DNA of 32,876 nt from a virus (lineage: Duplodnaviria > Caudoviricetes): positions 1 through 32,876 of IMG/VR virus record IMGVR_UViG_3300032259_000012; one strand, 5' to 3'. Position 1 is the first letter of the stretch. Each line of letters starts with the position of its first letter. The notes beneath the pieces are model-generated. The model had not been told where the DNA came from, made no database searches, and saw nothing but the letters and a program-made list of their open reading frames with translations. The position numbers and the translations under genes are program-made. Below, one piece after another: positions 8,243 through 17,600 of the stretch.

Positions 8243-10485
8243 GTAACATCCTCTGCATGCTTGACCACCGGGCCGATACTGCTTATCGGAATATCCTAGG
8301 AGTCAAGCTGTCCCATCTAGGCTGGCGGGGTAAGATAGCCAAGGAGTCTTGCGGTTCCATTGGGGAACTTATAGCATTAGCTACCAAGCATAACTGTAAA
8401 GCTATTGTACTATCCGATCCGGTTACACTGAAAGCTATAGTGCCGGGTAAGGGTGGGCTAGATAACTGGAGGGGCGCGGTGTTATCAACTAGCATCCCTA
8501 TCCTAGTAACCAATCCACTCAAACAAGTGAACACTATCCCAGAAGGTGAATGGATACTAGACCAAGACCTTAGCAAATTGGCTACCCTATCTCAGCCACG
8601 CTGGGATTATAAATACGAGATAGCTACTGAGGATTCCCTGCCACACATAGACCTACTAGTATCATCTTATGATTGTGTAGTATTAGATATTGAAACTACT
8701 CGGGATAACCTAATGGAATCCTGCTCTATGACATTCATCCATGAGGATGAGATAAGGGAGACCTATGTACTGGATTTCAATGATGCTACTAGTCCTATAT
8801 GGCATGAATACTTCGCTGCCTGGATGGAGGCTCCTATACTTAAGGTGTATCATAATGGATGCTTTGACTGTTTCTACAAACTACGGTACGGACTAGCCCC
8901 GGCTAACTGGGTATTCGATACTGAGTACATGTGGAAATGCTGGCACGCTGAGCTAGATAAATCTCTAGCATTCGTATCTAGCATTTGTATACATGATTAC
9001 TACTATTGGAAGGAAGAGATAGCCGAGGATGTTCTAGGATATAATGCCAAGGATACTATTAACACTGCTAGATGTTTCCTTTATATGATCGAGCACATGC
9101 CTAGTTGGGCATGGAGAAACTACTCTCATATGATTCCTACTGCTATCCCAGCTATCTACTGTAACTTTGAAGGGCACTTGATTGATACAGATAAACGTGA
9201 GATAGTTAAAACTGAGGCCAAGCAGGAGATAGAAGAAGCCCTGGCTAGTCTCCAGACTATGGCAGGTACACCGGGGTTTAATCCTGGATCGCCAAAGCAA
9301 CTAGGTATATGGCTATATGAGGTACTAGGTGCTAAGAAGCCACAGCGATCTAAGTCTAAGTCAGCTACAGATGAGGTATCTATTAAGAAGATAGCCCTCC
9401 AGCATCCACTGTTTGCCAGAATAGTGAAAGAGATTATTAGATACCGTAAAGAATTAAAAGCGTACTCTACCTACTACTGTGCTGACCTATTGAATAATCG
9501 CCTGCTGTATTCCATGAACATAGATGGGACAGAGACGGGCCGGATGTCCTCTAGTAAGTCTGTACTATATGTGCCGGGGATCGTATCTAAATCAGCCCAA
9601 AAGAATTTTGGAGCACAAGCACAGAATCTCCCATACTACTTTAAGAAAGCTATCATGGCTGATCCAGGGTATGAACTAGTAGAGATAGATAAGTCTCAGA
9701 GTGAGGCACGATGTACCGCGCATCTGGCGATGGACGAGGCCCTGAGAGCGGCGCTAGAAGACCCAGCAACTCCAGAGCAGATACTACAATATCATGAGCT
9801 GATAGAGCGTGACGGCATCACAGAGGCCGATGCAGAGGCCGCCGCAGGGGACTTTTACTGCCGATGTGCTCACATGTTTTTTGGCCTGCTAATCCACAAG
9901 AGCCACCCCGTCAGACAGATCACCAAGAAGATTATCCACGGTACTAATTACATGATGGGAGCTGAGACTTTCATAGACTCCGTAGGTATACCAGAGATGC
10001 ACAAGGCAGCAGCCCTATTGAATGTAGCCCCTAGTGTAAGTATGAGAACCTTCGCAGATGAGCTACTCAGTCTATATCACAGAGCCTATCCCAGTGTGCC
10101 TAAATACTGGAACTCTATCAAGAAAGAGATAGCACTAACTCATAAGCTTATCACTCCTGATGGTTGGACTAGAGAAGTCTTTGGTAATCCTCTGAAGAAT
10201 CACTCTATATGGAGAGCTGGGGTAGCTCATAAGCCCCAGCATCTAAGTGTATATGGAATCAACAAAGCCTTCTGGAAGGTATTCTACAATGTGCAGATAC
10301 CTAGCTGCGGTGAGGTTAGAATGAAAGGCCAGGTACATGATAGTATGTTACAGCAAGTATGGGCAGAGAGAAGAGAGTACTGGACAGGAAAGATACTAGA
10401 GCAGATGGATATAGGACAGCCCACAGGGTTTGGAGAGTTAAGGATACCGCTCGATGTAGAGCATGGTAAGTATTGGAAAGGATAA
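8239..10485 (+). CDS. polA: family A DNA polymerase with 3'-5' exonuclease and N-terminal UDG-like domain
   Basis: ExoI LDIET, ExoII HNGCFD, ExoIII YNAKD, FNPGSPKQL, GTETGRMSS, QNLP, motif A DKSQSEAR, motif B RQITKKIIHGTNY, motif C QVHDS; GTGA coupling to the kinase. Confidence 0.95.
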   Translation: MSNILCMLDHRADTAYRNILGVKLSHLGWRGKIAKESCGSIGELIALATKHNCKAIVLSDPVTLKAIVPGKGGLDNWRGAVLSTSIPILVTNPLKQVNTIPEGEWILDQDLSKLATLSQPRWDYKYEIATEDSLPHIDLLVSSYDCVVLDIETTRDNLMESCSMTFIHEDEIRETYVLDFNDATSPIWHEYFAAWMEAPILKVYHNGCFDCFYKLRYGLAPANWVFDTEYMWKCWHAELDKSLAFVSSICIHDYYYWKEEIAEDVLGYNAKDTINTARCFLYMIEHMPSWAWRNYSHMIPTAIPAIYCNFEGHLIDTDKREIVKTEAKQEIEEALASLQTMAGTPGFNPGSPKQLGIWLYEVLGAKKPQRSKSKSATDEVSIKKIALQHPLFARIVKEIIRYRKELKAYSTYYCADLLNNRLLYSMNIDGTETGRMSSSKSVLYVPGIVSKSAQKNFGAQAQNLPYYFKKAIMADPGYELVEIDKSQSEARCTAHLAMDEALRAALEDPATPEQILQYHELIERDGITEADAEAAAGDFYCRCAHMFFGLLIHKSHPVRQITKKIIHGTNYMMGAETFIDSVGIPEMHKAAALLNVAPSVSMRTFADELLSLYHRAYPSVPKYWNSIKKEIALTHKLITPDGWTREVFGNPLKNHSIWRAGVAHKPQHLSVYGINKAFWKVFYNVQIPSCGEVRMKGQVHDSMLQQVWAERREYWTGKILEQMDIGQPTGFGELRIPLDVEHGKYWKG

Positions 10486-10495
10486 GGAGGGCAGC

Positions 10496-10831
10496 ATGGC
10501 AAAAGCTATAAATGGCTGGACATTAGAAGGGGCTCTAGTATTAATTAGAGAATTACAACCCAATGCTATGAAGGCTGGGTACTACTTAGCTTTAGCAGGA
10601 GGCGTACTTAACTCTGGAGCATCTACTAATGATTTGGATTTGGTAGCAGTACCCAGAACTACTAATGGAACACCCTTACTACTAATAGATTACTTAGATT
10701 CAATACTGGAAGTATCTAAGGATCCAATATTTAAAGGTGTAACAAATGTACTACGATATAGGTATAGAGATTCCCGTATAGATATTGCCCTTGTATCTAA
10801 TAGACCCCACCTACACAAGGAGATACACTAA
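10496..10831 (+). CDS. minimal Pol-beta-superfamily nucleotidyltransferase
   Basis: LAGG-x9-DLDLV motif plus a third Asp in RIDI; AAGGAGG RBS places the start at ATG 10496. Confidence 0.7.
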   Translation: MAKAINGWTLEGALVLIRELQPNAMKAGYYLALAGGVLNSGASTNDLDLVAVPRTTNGTPLLLIDYLDSILEVSKDPIFKGVTNVLRYRYRDSRIDIALVSNRPHLHKEIH

Positions 10832-11112
10832 TGGTTAATGGTAAGTATGAACTACCTGATACAATATTCTTTGGTAAGTACAAAGGTAAGACTCTCCAAT
10901 GGATAGCAGATAATGATATTGGCTACATGGAGTGGCTGCTTAATGCTGTTAAGACTTTTGATGTGACAGTAGAGGCGGCGGCTGTTATAGATAAGCTAAT
11001 CCCAGATACATGGGAGGATAGGCAATCTACTATTACTTTCGATACAGGTATTAATGACTCAGGTAGAAATCCTAACTGGCCTGGGCATCGAACAGAGCCT
11101 TACGGGAGCTAA
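10831..11112 (+). CDS. FGKYKG-motif protein (exodeoxyribonuclease X C-terminal-like / DUF3820-like)
   Basis: IFFGKYKGKTL.WI...D.GYMEWL; AAGGAG RBS; TAATG coupling. Confidence 0.75.
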   Translation: MVNGKYELPDTIFFGKYKGKTLQWIADNDIGYMEWLLNAVKTFDVTVEAAAVIDKLIPDTWEDRQSTITFDTGINDSGRNPNWPGHRTEPYGS

Positions 11113-11116
11113 GATC

Positions 11117-11239
11117 ATGGATAATACGTTACATGATCTATGGCGTAATGAGTATAAGGCCAAGCTTGTCCAATGGTCTTATGGGGATTATCTAGAGTAT
11201 GTGGACTGTGCTCAGGTATGGGGAGACTGTTATGAGTAA
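11117..11239 (+). CDS. small hypothetical protein
   Basis: GGGAG RBS before ATG 11117; fills the operon gap. Confidence 0.5.
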   Translation: MDNTLHDLWRNEYKAKLVQWSYGDYLEYVDCAQVWGDCYE

Positions 11240-11432
11240 GGAAGATATAGTACGTGTACTACGAGTAATAGAATATGTTGGCCCAAGAAGCTGGGTAGAG
11301 CATACTGTGAGTAAATCCATTCATGGCAAAATGATAATTAATAAGTCTAGTGGGTCTATTACAGCAGTTACTGTAGGAGACTATCCGGATATACTAACTA
11401 ATGCAGAGGAGGTTCCTTCTGATGGCAAGTAA
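11232..11432 (+). CDS. hypothetical protein
   Basis: GGGAG RBS before ATG 11232 (MSKEDIVRVLRVIEYVGPRSWVE). Confidence 0.7.
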   Translation: MSKEDIVRVLRVIEYVGPRSWVEHTVSKSIHGKMIINKSSGSITAVTVGDYPDILTNAEEVPSDGK

Positions 11433-11631
11433 AGTTAGACCTACAGCCTATACTAAAACTCAAGGTGGGGACTGGCATCCTTGGAGAGGAGGCAAGGTAC
11501 ATGTAGATGCCCTAGGTACATTAAGAGCTAAAGCCCCAAAGGACTATGTATTAGTGGCCGGGGTAGCTGTACATTCATTACATTTCACTACACTTCCAAA
11601 CTGGGATTGTGTCAACGGATGGAGAGATTAG
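11422..11631 (+). CDS. hypothetical protein
   Basis: AGGAGG RBS before ATG 11422; ends WDCVNGWRD. Confidence 0.7.
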   Translation: MASKVRPTAYTKTQGGDWHPWRGGKVHVDALGTLRAKAPKDYVLVAGVAVHSLHFTTLPNWDCVNGWRD

Positions 11632-11632
11632 T

Positions 11633-12235
11633 ATGAGTATTGAGCAGCATATAGTAATTGATTGGGAAACACTAAGCCTAGATACTAAGAATCCATATGT
11701 AGTATCCTTGGGGTACACAGTATTTGATCCTTGGGGAAGTGAGATAGAGGATAGAGGTAGCTGGAACTTTGCCCTTAATGCTAGTGCAGAGATGCTAGGA
11801 TCTAAGATAGATCCAGATACACTAGCTTGGTGGATGGAACAGGGAGTAGAGGTAACTCAGAAAGCTCTTAATCCAGAGGAGCCTGTATTTACCATAGAGG
11901 CTGCAGTGGATGGATTACATTTCCTAGGGCGCCAGCCTGATATCACCAATTCATGGGGCCACGGTAAAGAGTTTGATCTATCTATATTCAACTCTATCTA
12001 CTCTAAACTCATCGCTCCCTCTGGTTCTATAGATAAAGCTAATGCTTTTAACTTCCGTAACCAAATGGATACTAGAACTCTATTTGCTATGGCCAAGCTT
12101 AATTATAAAGAGTGGGTAGCTTCCCATGCACTAGGGGAATCCCTCCACGACCCGGAGGCGGATGCTATAATGACAGCCGAGGCTATCCAGGAAAGTTATA
12201 AGAGGCTTCATATAGCGCCACCTTGCCCATTCTAA
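11633..12235 (+). CDS. DEDDh 3'-5' exonuclease (DUF5051 / Rv2179c-like)
   Basis: HIVIDWETL, TLAWW..Q, WGHGKEFD, RNQMDTRTL, H.PEADA; start at ATG 11633 after GGAG. Confidence 0.85.
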   Translation: MSIEQHIVIDWETLSLDTKNPYVVSLGYTVFDPWGSEIEDRGSWNFALNASAEMLGSKIDPDTLAWWMEQGVEVTQKALNPEEPVFTIEAAVDGLHFLGRQPDITNSWGHGKEFDLSIFNSIYSKLIAPSGSIDKANAFNFRNQMDTRTLFAMAKLNYKEWVASHALGESLHDPEADAIMTAEAIQESYKRLHIAPPCPF

Positions 12236-12267
12236 GTATCCATAATAATAACTCAGGGAAGTACCTA

Positions 12268-13539
12268 ATGAGCTACGACTATTTCGATAGTTACTTTGGT
12301 TACGTAGGCTCTACAGAATCCCCTACTATATTCCACAGATGGACAGCCATCAGTATAGTAGGGGCTTTGTTGGGGCGGCAGGTGCACATGCCATTCGGCC
12401 ACGGTAAGATCTATCCAAACCAGTATGTACTACTAACAGGTGGGCCAGGTACTCGGAAGGGTACTGCCATTAAGATAGGCACAGGCTTGCTCAAGAATAA
12501 GCTTATAGATTATAAATGGTTTGCACCTAACAAAGCCCAGAAGGAAACACTCTGGCACAAGATGGCTAATCAGCATCTAGATGATGACTCAGGAGACTTA
12601 GAAGATTTAATCTTTGAACCTAGCTCTACTGAGATGTATATAGCTCAAGATGAGTTTATAGATTTCATAGGCATAGGCAATGATGAACTGATAACTAATC
12701 TCACTAACATGTGGGATAACCTATCCCTATTTGAGTACCCTAAGATGACTAAGGAAGATACTATCATTCATAACCCTACTATTAATATCCTATCAGGGGC
12801 TACCCCCGGTGGTATATCAGAGGCGTTCGGACAGATAGCTATGACCGGCGGGTTCTTCTCTAGGTTGTTATTCATACATGGTGGTACTACATCTAAGAAA
12901 ATAGCTTGGCCTGATCCACCTAACGAAGAGATTAAAGCTGAACTAATAAACCACCTATTTACTATTAAGCAACTACAGGGTGAGGTAGTTATCCCCGATA
13001 CATGCAGAAAACTATTAGCAGACATATATAAAAGCACACCTAAGATGAATGATAAACGATTCGCTTATTACTATCAGCGCAGATTCACACACTTACTAAA
13101 ACTTGTAATTGTACTTGCAGCTACCAGACATACTATTAAGATTAACGAACAAGATTGTATCTTAGCTAATACACTATTACACCTAGCTGAGATGCAGATG
13201 CCAGCTGCCCTAGGAGAGTTCGGTAAAGCCAGAAACTCTAGCGTAGCTAACCAAGTATTGGATATGCTAAATCATACAGACGAGCCTATGAAGATACATG
13301 ATATATGGAAGGGTGTGTCACAGGATTTGGATAAGCTATCTAATCTATCTGATATACTAAATTCCTTGCTACAGGCAGATAAGATACAGAAGACTCAAGT
13401 AGAGGGTAGGGCTGGGTTCCTTCCGGTAAACCTAGTAGATAATGATTGGAGTAGTAAGTACATAGACTACTCTTTAGTAAGAGGTGACGAGCATCCAGAG
13501 GAGCTAACCGATGAGCAAAGAGCAGCAAATTTCCATTGA
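12268..13539 (+). CDS. DUF3987-family AAA+ (MCM-like) putative replicative helicase with C-terminal winged helix
   Basis: ESP..FHRW, YPNQYVLLTGGPGTRKGTA (Walker A-like), YIAQDEF (Walker B), PTINILSGATP (sensor 1), GFFSRL (Arg finger). Confidence 0.72.
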   Translation: MSYDYFDSYFGYVGSTESPTIFHRWTAISIVGALLGRQVHMPFGHGKIYPNQYVLLTGGPGTRKGTAIKIGTGLLKNKLIDYKWFAPNKAQKETLWHKMANQHLDDDSGDLEDLIFEPSSTEMYIAQDEFIDFIGIGNDELITNLTNMWDNLSLFEYPKMTKEDTIIHNPTINILSGATPGGISEAFGQIAMTGGFFSRLLFIHGGTTSKKIAWPDPPNEEIKAELINHLFTIKQLQGEVVIPDTCRKLLADIYKSTPKMNDKRFAYYYQRRFTHLLKLVIVLAATRHTIKINEQDCILANTLLHLAEMQMPAALGEFGKARNSSVANQVLDMLNHTDEPMKIHDIWKGVSQDLDKLSNLSDILNSLLQADKIQKTQVEGRAGFLPVNLVDNDWSSKYIDYSLVRGDEHPEELTDEQRAANFH

Positions 13540-13723
13540 AGTAGTAGAGCACTATACACCGGGGGAGTTAATACCTGTACTATGGCCGCAATCGCAGTCA
13601 TTTACTACAGTACAAGAGCGAGAGAAGCTAGAGGATATAGCTGGAAAGGTAGAGAGGACTGAGCCACTAACTATACTAGAAACTCAGATCATCTACCAGA
13701 TGGCTATGAAATATTTATCATAA
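13511..13723 (+). CDS. hypothetical protein
   Basis: GAGGAG RBS before ATG. Confidence 0.65.
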   Translation: MSKEQQISIEVVEHYTPGELIPVLWPQSQSFTTVQEREKLEDIAGKVERTEPLTILETQIIYQMAMKYLS

Positions 13724-13750
13724 ACTTATAACTACTTAGGAGACAGAGTA

Positions 13751-14029
13751 ATGAATCAGAATGCAATGAATGTACCAATGCCAGTATCCCCAACTCCAGG
13801 CCATATTAGATTACATGATGAGATACGAAGGCTAGTTGGTGTTAATCAGGCACTGGAGGACTTACTTAGTACCATCAAAGCTGCGCCTACGGAAGTAGCC
13901 CCTCCTGTATCAGACTCTCAGCCTAGCCTAGAGGAAGTTCTACAGTGTGGGCCAGCCATCATCTCTGGTGAGATATCTAGTATGTTTGATAGGATAGACC
14001 AGATATCCTTAGCCTTAACCCTCACCTAA
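13751..14029 (+). CDS. hypothetical protein
   Basis: AGGAG RBS; helical 92 aa. Confidence 0.7.
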   Translation: MNQNAMNVPMPVSPTPGHIRLHDEIRRLVGVNQALEDLLSTIKAAPTEVAPPVSDSQPSLEEVLQCGPAIISGEISSMFDRIDQISLALTLT

Positions 14030-14043
14030 TAAAGGACACCGCC

Positions 14044-14373
14044 ATGCACATTGCAGACGCACTACTTACACTAGCCAAGACATTCAAAGGCTACGATGTC
14101 ATTATATCTACTGCACCGGATGCCTCCGCTATGAGTGTATCATTACTGGAGATGGGGACAGATGTAGCAGCTACAGTCTATATCCCCGGTACACTACATA
14201 CTCCAGAGACATTCAAGGAGTCTAAGTTCCGGGAGGAATTACGAGTAGCTCTAGCTAATGCTTATCACCAATTGATTTTACCTAATCAGCCAGTAGCTAC
14301 CCCAGATACTCCACCGCTGAAGTTAGTAGGTGCGCACTTGAAGGTAGATGATCCATTAGACTCTGCTACATAG
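14044..14373 (+). CDS. hypothetical protein
   Basis: AAGGA RBS; 109 aa. Confidence 0.7.
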   Translation: MHIADALLTLAKTFKGYDVIISTAPDASAMSVSLLEMGTDVAATVYIPGTLHTPETFKESKFREELRVALANAYHQLILPNQPVATPDTPPLKLVGAHLKVDDPLDSAT

Positions 14374-14380
14374 CAGGCAA

Positions 14381-14409
14381 TAAAAAGGGGTAGGAAGTAT
14401 CTCTACCCC
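14381..14409 (-). terminator. Rho-independent terminator ending the late (structural) transcript
   Basis: On -: GGGGTAG-9 nt loop-CTACCCC followed by TTTTTA, at the convergence of the two arms. Confidence 0.78.
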
Positions 14410-14454
14410 GCTACCCCAACAGCGCCCGCCAAGGCACAACTCTTAAAAAGGATT

Positions 14455-14625
14455 ATGATTATGGATGATACTGCTGCTACACACGAATCATTACTAAAGG
14501 AGGCTACGCAAATCTACTCCTATGAAAGTATTACAGTTATATGCAATCCACTACTACCATCTAATACAATGATGGTAGGTAAGGATCTATATGAGGTACT
14601 ATCAAATCACCCATTCAAACTTTAA
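14455..14625 (+). CDS. small hypothetical protein missed by the ORF track (54-56 aa)
   Basis: AAGGA then ATGATTATG; (MI)MDDTAATHESLLKEATQIYSYESITVICNPLLPSNTMMVGKDLYEVLSNHPFKL; its stop overlaps the stop of the opposite-strand 1684 aa gene. Confidence 0.55.
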   Translation: MIMDDTAATHESLLKEATQIYSYESITVICNPLLPSNTMMVGKDLYEVLSNHPFKL

Positions 14626-17600
14626 AAAGCATAGCTATTAACTATATCATATATACCGGGCTGCTTAGTCACACGCTCTGCTAGCTTATCAGCAAATTCT
14701 ACATCTGAGCTCATATAAGCTTGCTGCATTGACTGAGACCAGCCTCGGTATGTACCACCCGCAGTTAAGTAATCTTGCATTACCCCACCCAAGCTAGCAC
14801 TAGATTCTCCAGCCACTAAAGACTTCATGGATTTAATAGCCTTCCGCCTATTCAAGCTATCTACACTATCATAGTATTTCCCATAGAACTTAACCTGCCT
14901 CAGAGCCTGTTCTTTAAGCGGACGCGATCCCATGATCCTAGCTGCGGTAGGCCAGAAGCCTCGCACCTCTTCCTCAGTAGACAGTACAGTTCCTGATCTA
15001 TCCTTAGAATATCCTAGTGCCCATTCCGCAGCACGGGCACCTGGGCGCCATAAGAACTGCGCCGCCACTCCCTCTAGTGCAGCCCTGCCCACATCCGGAA
15101 TACTCCCACCTATAGCTGCTACATTACCTAAGTTACTAGCTGTGTCCCAAGCATTATTCATTAGCTCAATAGCACCATTGAGTAGCGGTGGCGCAAATTC
15201 CAATCCGGTTCTAGTAATACCTACTGGACTTCTTGGAGAGATCTCAGCCCGAGTATGAAACCCAGTCTGCGTAGCCCAAGCAGGGAATCCATATAGCACC
15301 ATCTCTGCCATACTACGGGATTGTTCAGTATCATCCCCCAGTGCATTATAGATAGTCTGCGTAATATCTACATGGGAGTTATCATCATTGATCCAAGCAC
15401 CTAGTACATCATTCACTACACCATAGCCCGGCACAGACTGAGTACCAAACATTAGACCCTGACTGCCGAACAGCTGTACTAATGCTCTACGATCCCCTGC
15501 CTCTAAAAACCTAAACATATTCTGAGCCATAGTCATCATGAAGGTTTGGTATAATCCTACAGTAGCCCCCAATGCTCCTTGGAATACAGTGGGTCTTTGG
15601 CGAGTAGTGTAGTTACCCATAGTACGATTAGTGAATGCAAATGCGTAGGCTTCTAGTATCTCCTTAGCTGCCTTCGGCCCATGATTAGCCTGAGCCATTC
15701 TGTACCCAGTAGCATAGGCTACCTCACGAGTGATACCCTCTGAGGCATCTGATAACTTAGACCCTAGTTTAATGAACTTAGAGTTCAAAGCTGCCTGCAC
15801 CTTATTAGGTTTAACCGCTAGATTATACATAAGGTCGTCTATCTCAGACAGATGTGGCTTAGCATATCCAAGATCTCTAGCACGCTTCATGATAGCCATA
15901 GCCTCTGGCGACTTGCCCCTAGCTAACTTAACTCCCTCCATCATGAACTTCATAGGGAATTTCTTATGGGCTAACTCTGCTCCTAGTATTACAGGAGTAG
16001 ATAATGTAGTAACTATTGCATGACTAGCTTCTAAGAATCTCAAGTTAGCTGCTACCATTACAGATGAAGCCTGTGCTATGAATGCCTGAGACTTAGGAAC
16101 CAGTTCAGGTTTAGCTTGCTGTATAAAATCAAGATAAGATCTGTAAGGATTAGGCAGATTAGCCTCTTGCAACTTGGCTGCTAGTCCATCATAATCAGCC
16201 TGCGTAATAGAAGCCTTGCCTGTAATTTTTCCCAAAATTTCTGAGGTCTTACTTATAGCAGTATCTAGTACCGCTGAGTAAGTATTACTAGCAGCCTCAA
16301 ACTCCTTGAAGTCTTTAGTCAGATCATAGTTGAGTAGAGTCTTCTTAGTCAGCTCTGCTGTCTCTAGTTTACCCTGGCGCTTCAATGCAAACCTCTCTGC
16401 ACTACTACGGCCTAGGGCTGTCTGGTGTTTAATGATATCATCTAAGCCATTAAACAGCTCAGGGTTAGAGTTAACAAAGAGATTGCGGTGTTTATTCCAA
16501 GCCTCTGTAGATAGCCCATCAAGTATCTCCTGGAATCCACGCCCATCTACTGGGATATCATCTAGGGGAATACCACGTTTGGTTAGTGCCACGTCAGCCC
16601 GGCTAAGCTCATTCATCTTAGCATACTGATACAGATGATTGTGAGTCTCTTTCATCTCTGCATAAGATATAACCTTCTTACTGGTGCCAACTAGGTCAGC
16701 CCGGATACCATTAACCCGAGTCTCTAGATCATCTAATGACCGACCTACAATCTGCTTCACATGGCTAGGATCATGACTGGTAGAGTCTACCACATAGGCT
16801 ACGAAAGAGTCATCTACAGGCTTACGAGGAAACCAAATACCTCTACCCTGCATAGGAGTTCCACCTAATAGCCGAGAGTTAGCCTGATTAATCTGTAGAT
16901 ACCGAGACTGCACTGGCAGCCAGGCTTTCATAAGATCCGCTATAGTGCCCTTGGCCTCTGCTATATGTAGATTAATCTCCTTAGTATCATCGGATAAAAA
17001 CTTAAGATAGGCTATTGGCTCACCCTCAGCATTTAATTTAGTAATTATCTTACCTGTAGTTGCATCATACATTAGGTTCTCTAACTGAGTGCTAGGCATA
17101 GCATCTAGTGTTTGCCGGAACTGATAGAACAGTGTGCGCGCCACCTCATTCTTATTCACTGCTGCAAATGTAGGCTGCACTGAGGTAGTAACCTCATCAA
17201 GGAATCGTATAACAGATGAATTAAAAGCTTTAGCTGAAGCAGATATATACTCTGAATTAGCACCTAGAACCCTCTGGGCCATCTCACGCGATGTAAAGTT
17301 ATACTTACCCATAGTACCACGTGTAGCTAGGGCACTAATATTATCCAGAAGAATCCGCATAGGCTCAGTGCCTGATACTAGCTCATGGAATCCTTGTACA
17401 TCAGGTGAGCTAGTAGTCATTACATCATTGATAGCTCCTCTAAACAACTCCTTAGTAGTATCCTTGTCCAAGTTAGCTGCAGTCTGAATCTCTGTAGCCC
17501 GAGCTCCTACCATACCATCACCCTCTAGTAGTAAGGGCTTAGCATTTAAGAACTTAGTATGATTAAGCTCATTGTACATGATATGGCTAGATTCTGAAAT

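Noticed and set aside
7712-10485. Z-genome (2-aminoadenine) or other defined base-modification pathway
   Set aside because: No purZ, datZ, mazZ, thymidylate-synthase-like, queuosine-pathway or glycosyltransferase genes in the window; a dNMP kinase alone is not diagnostic.
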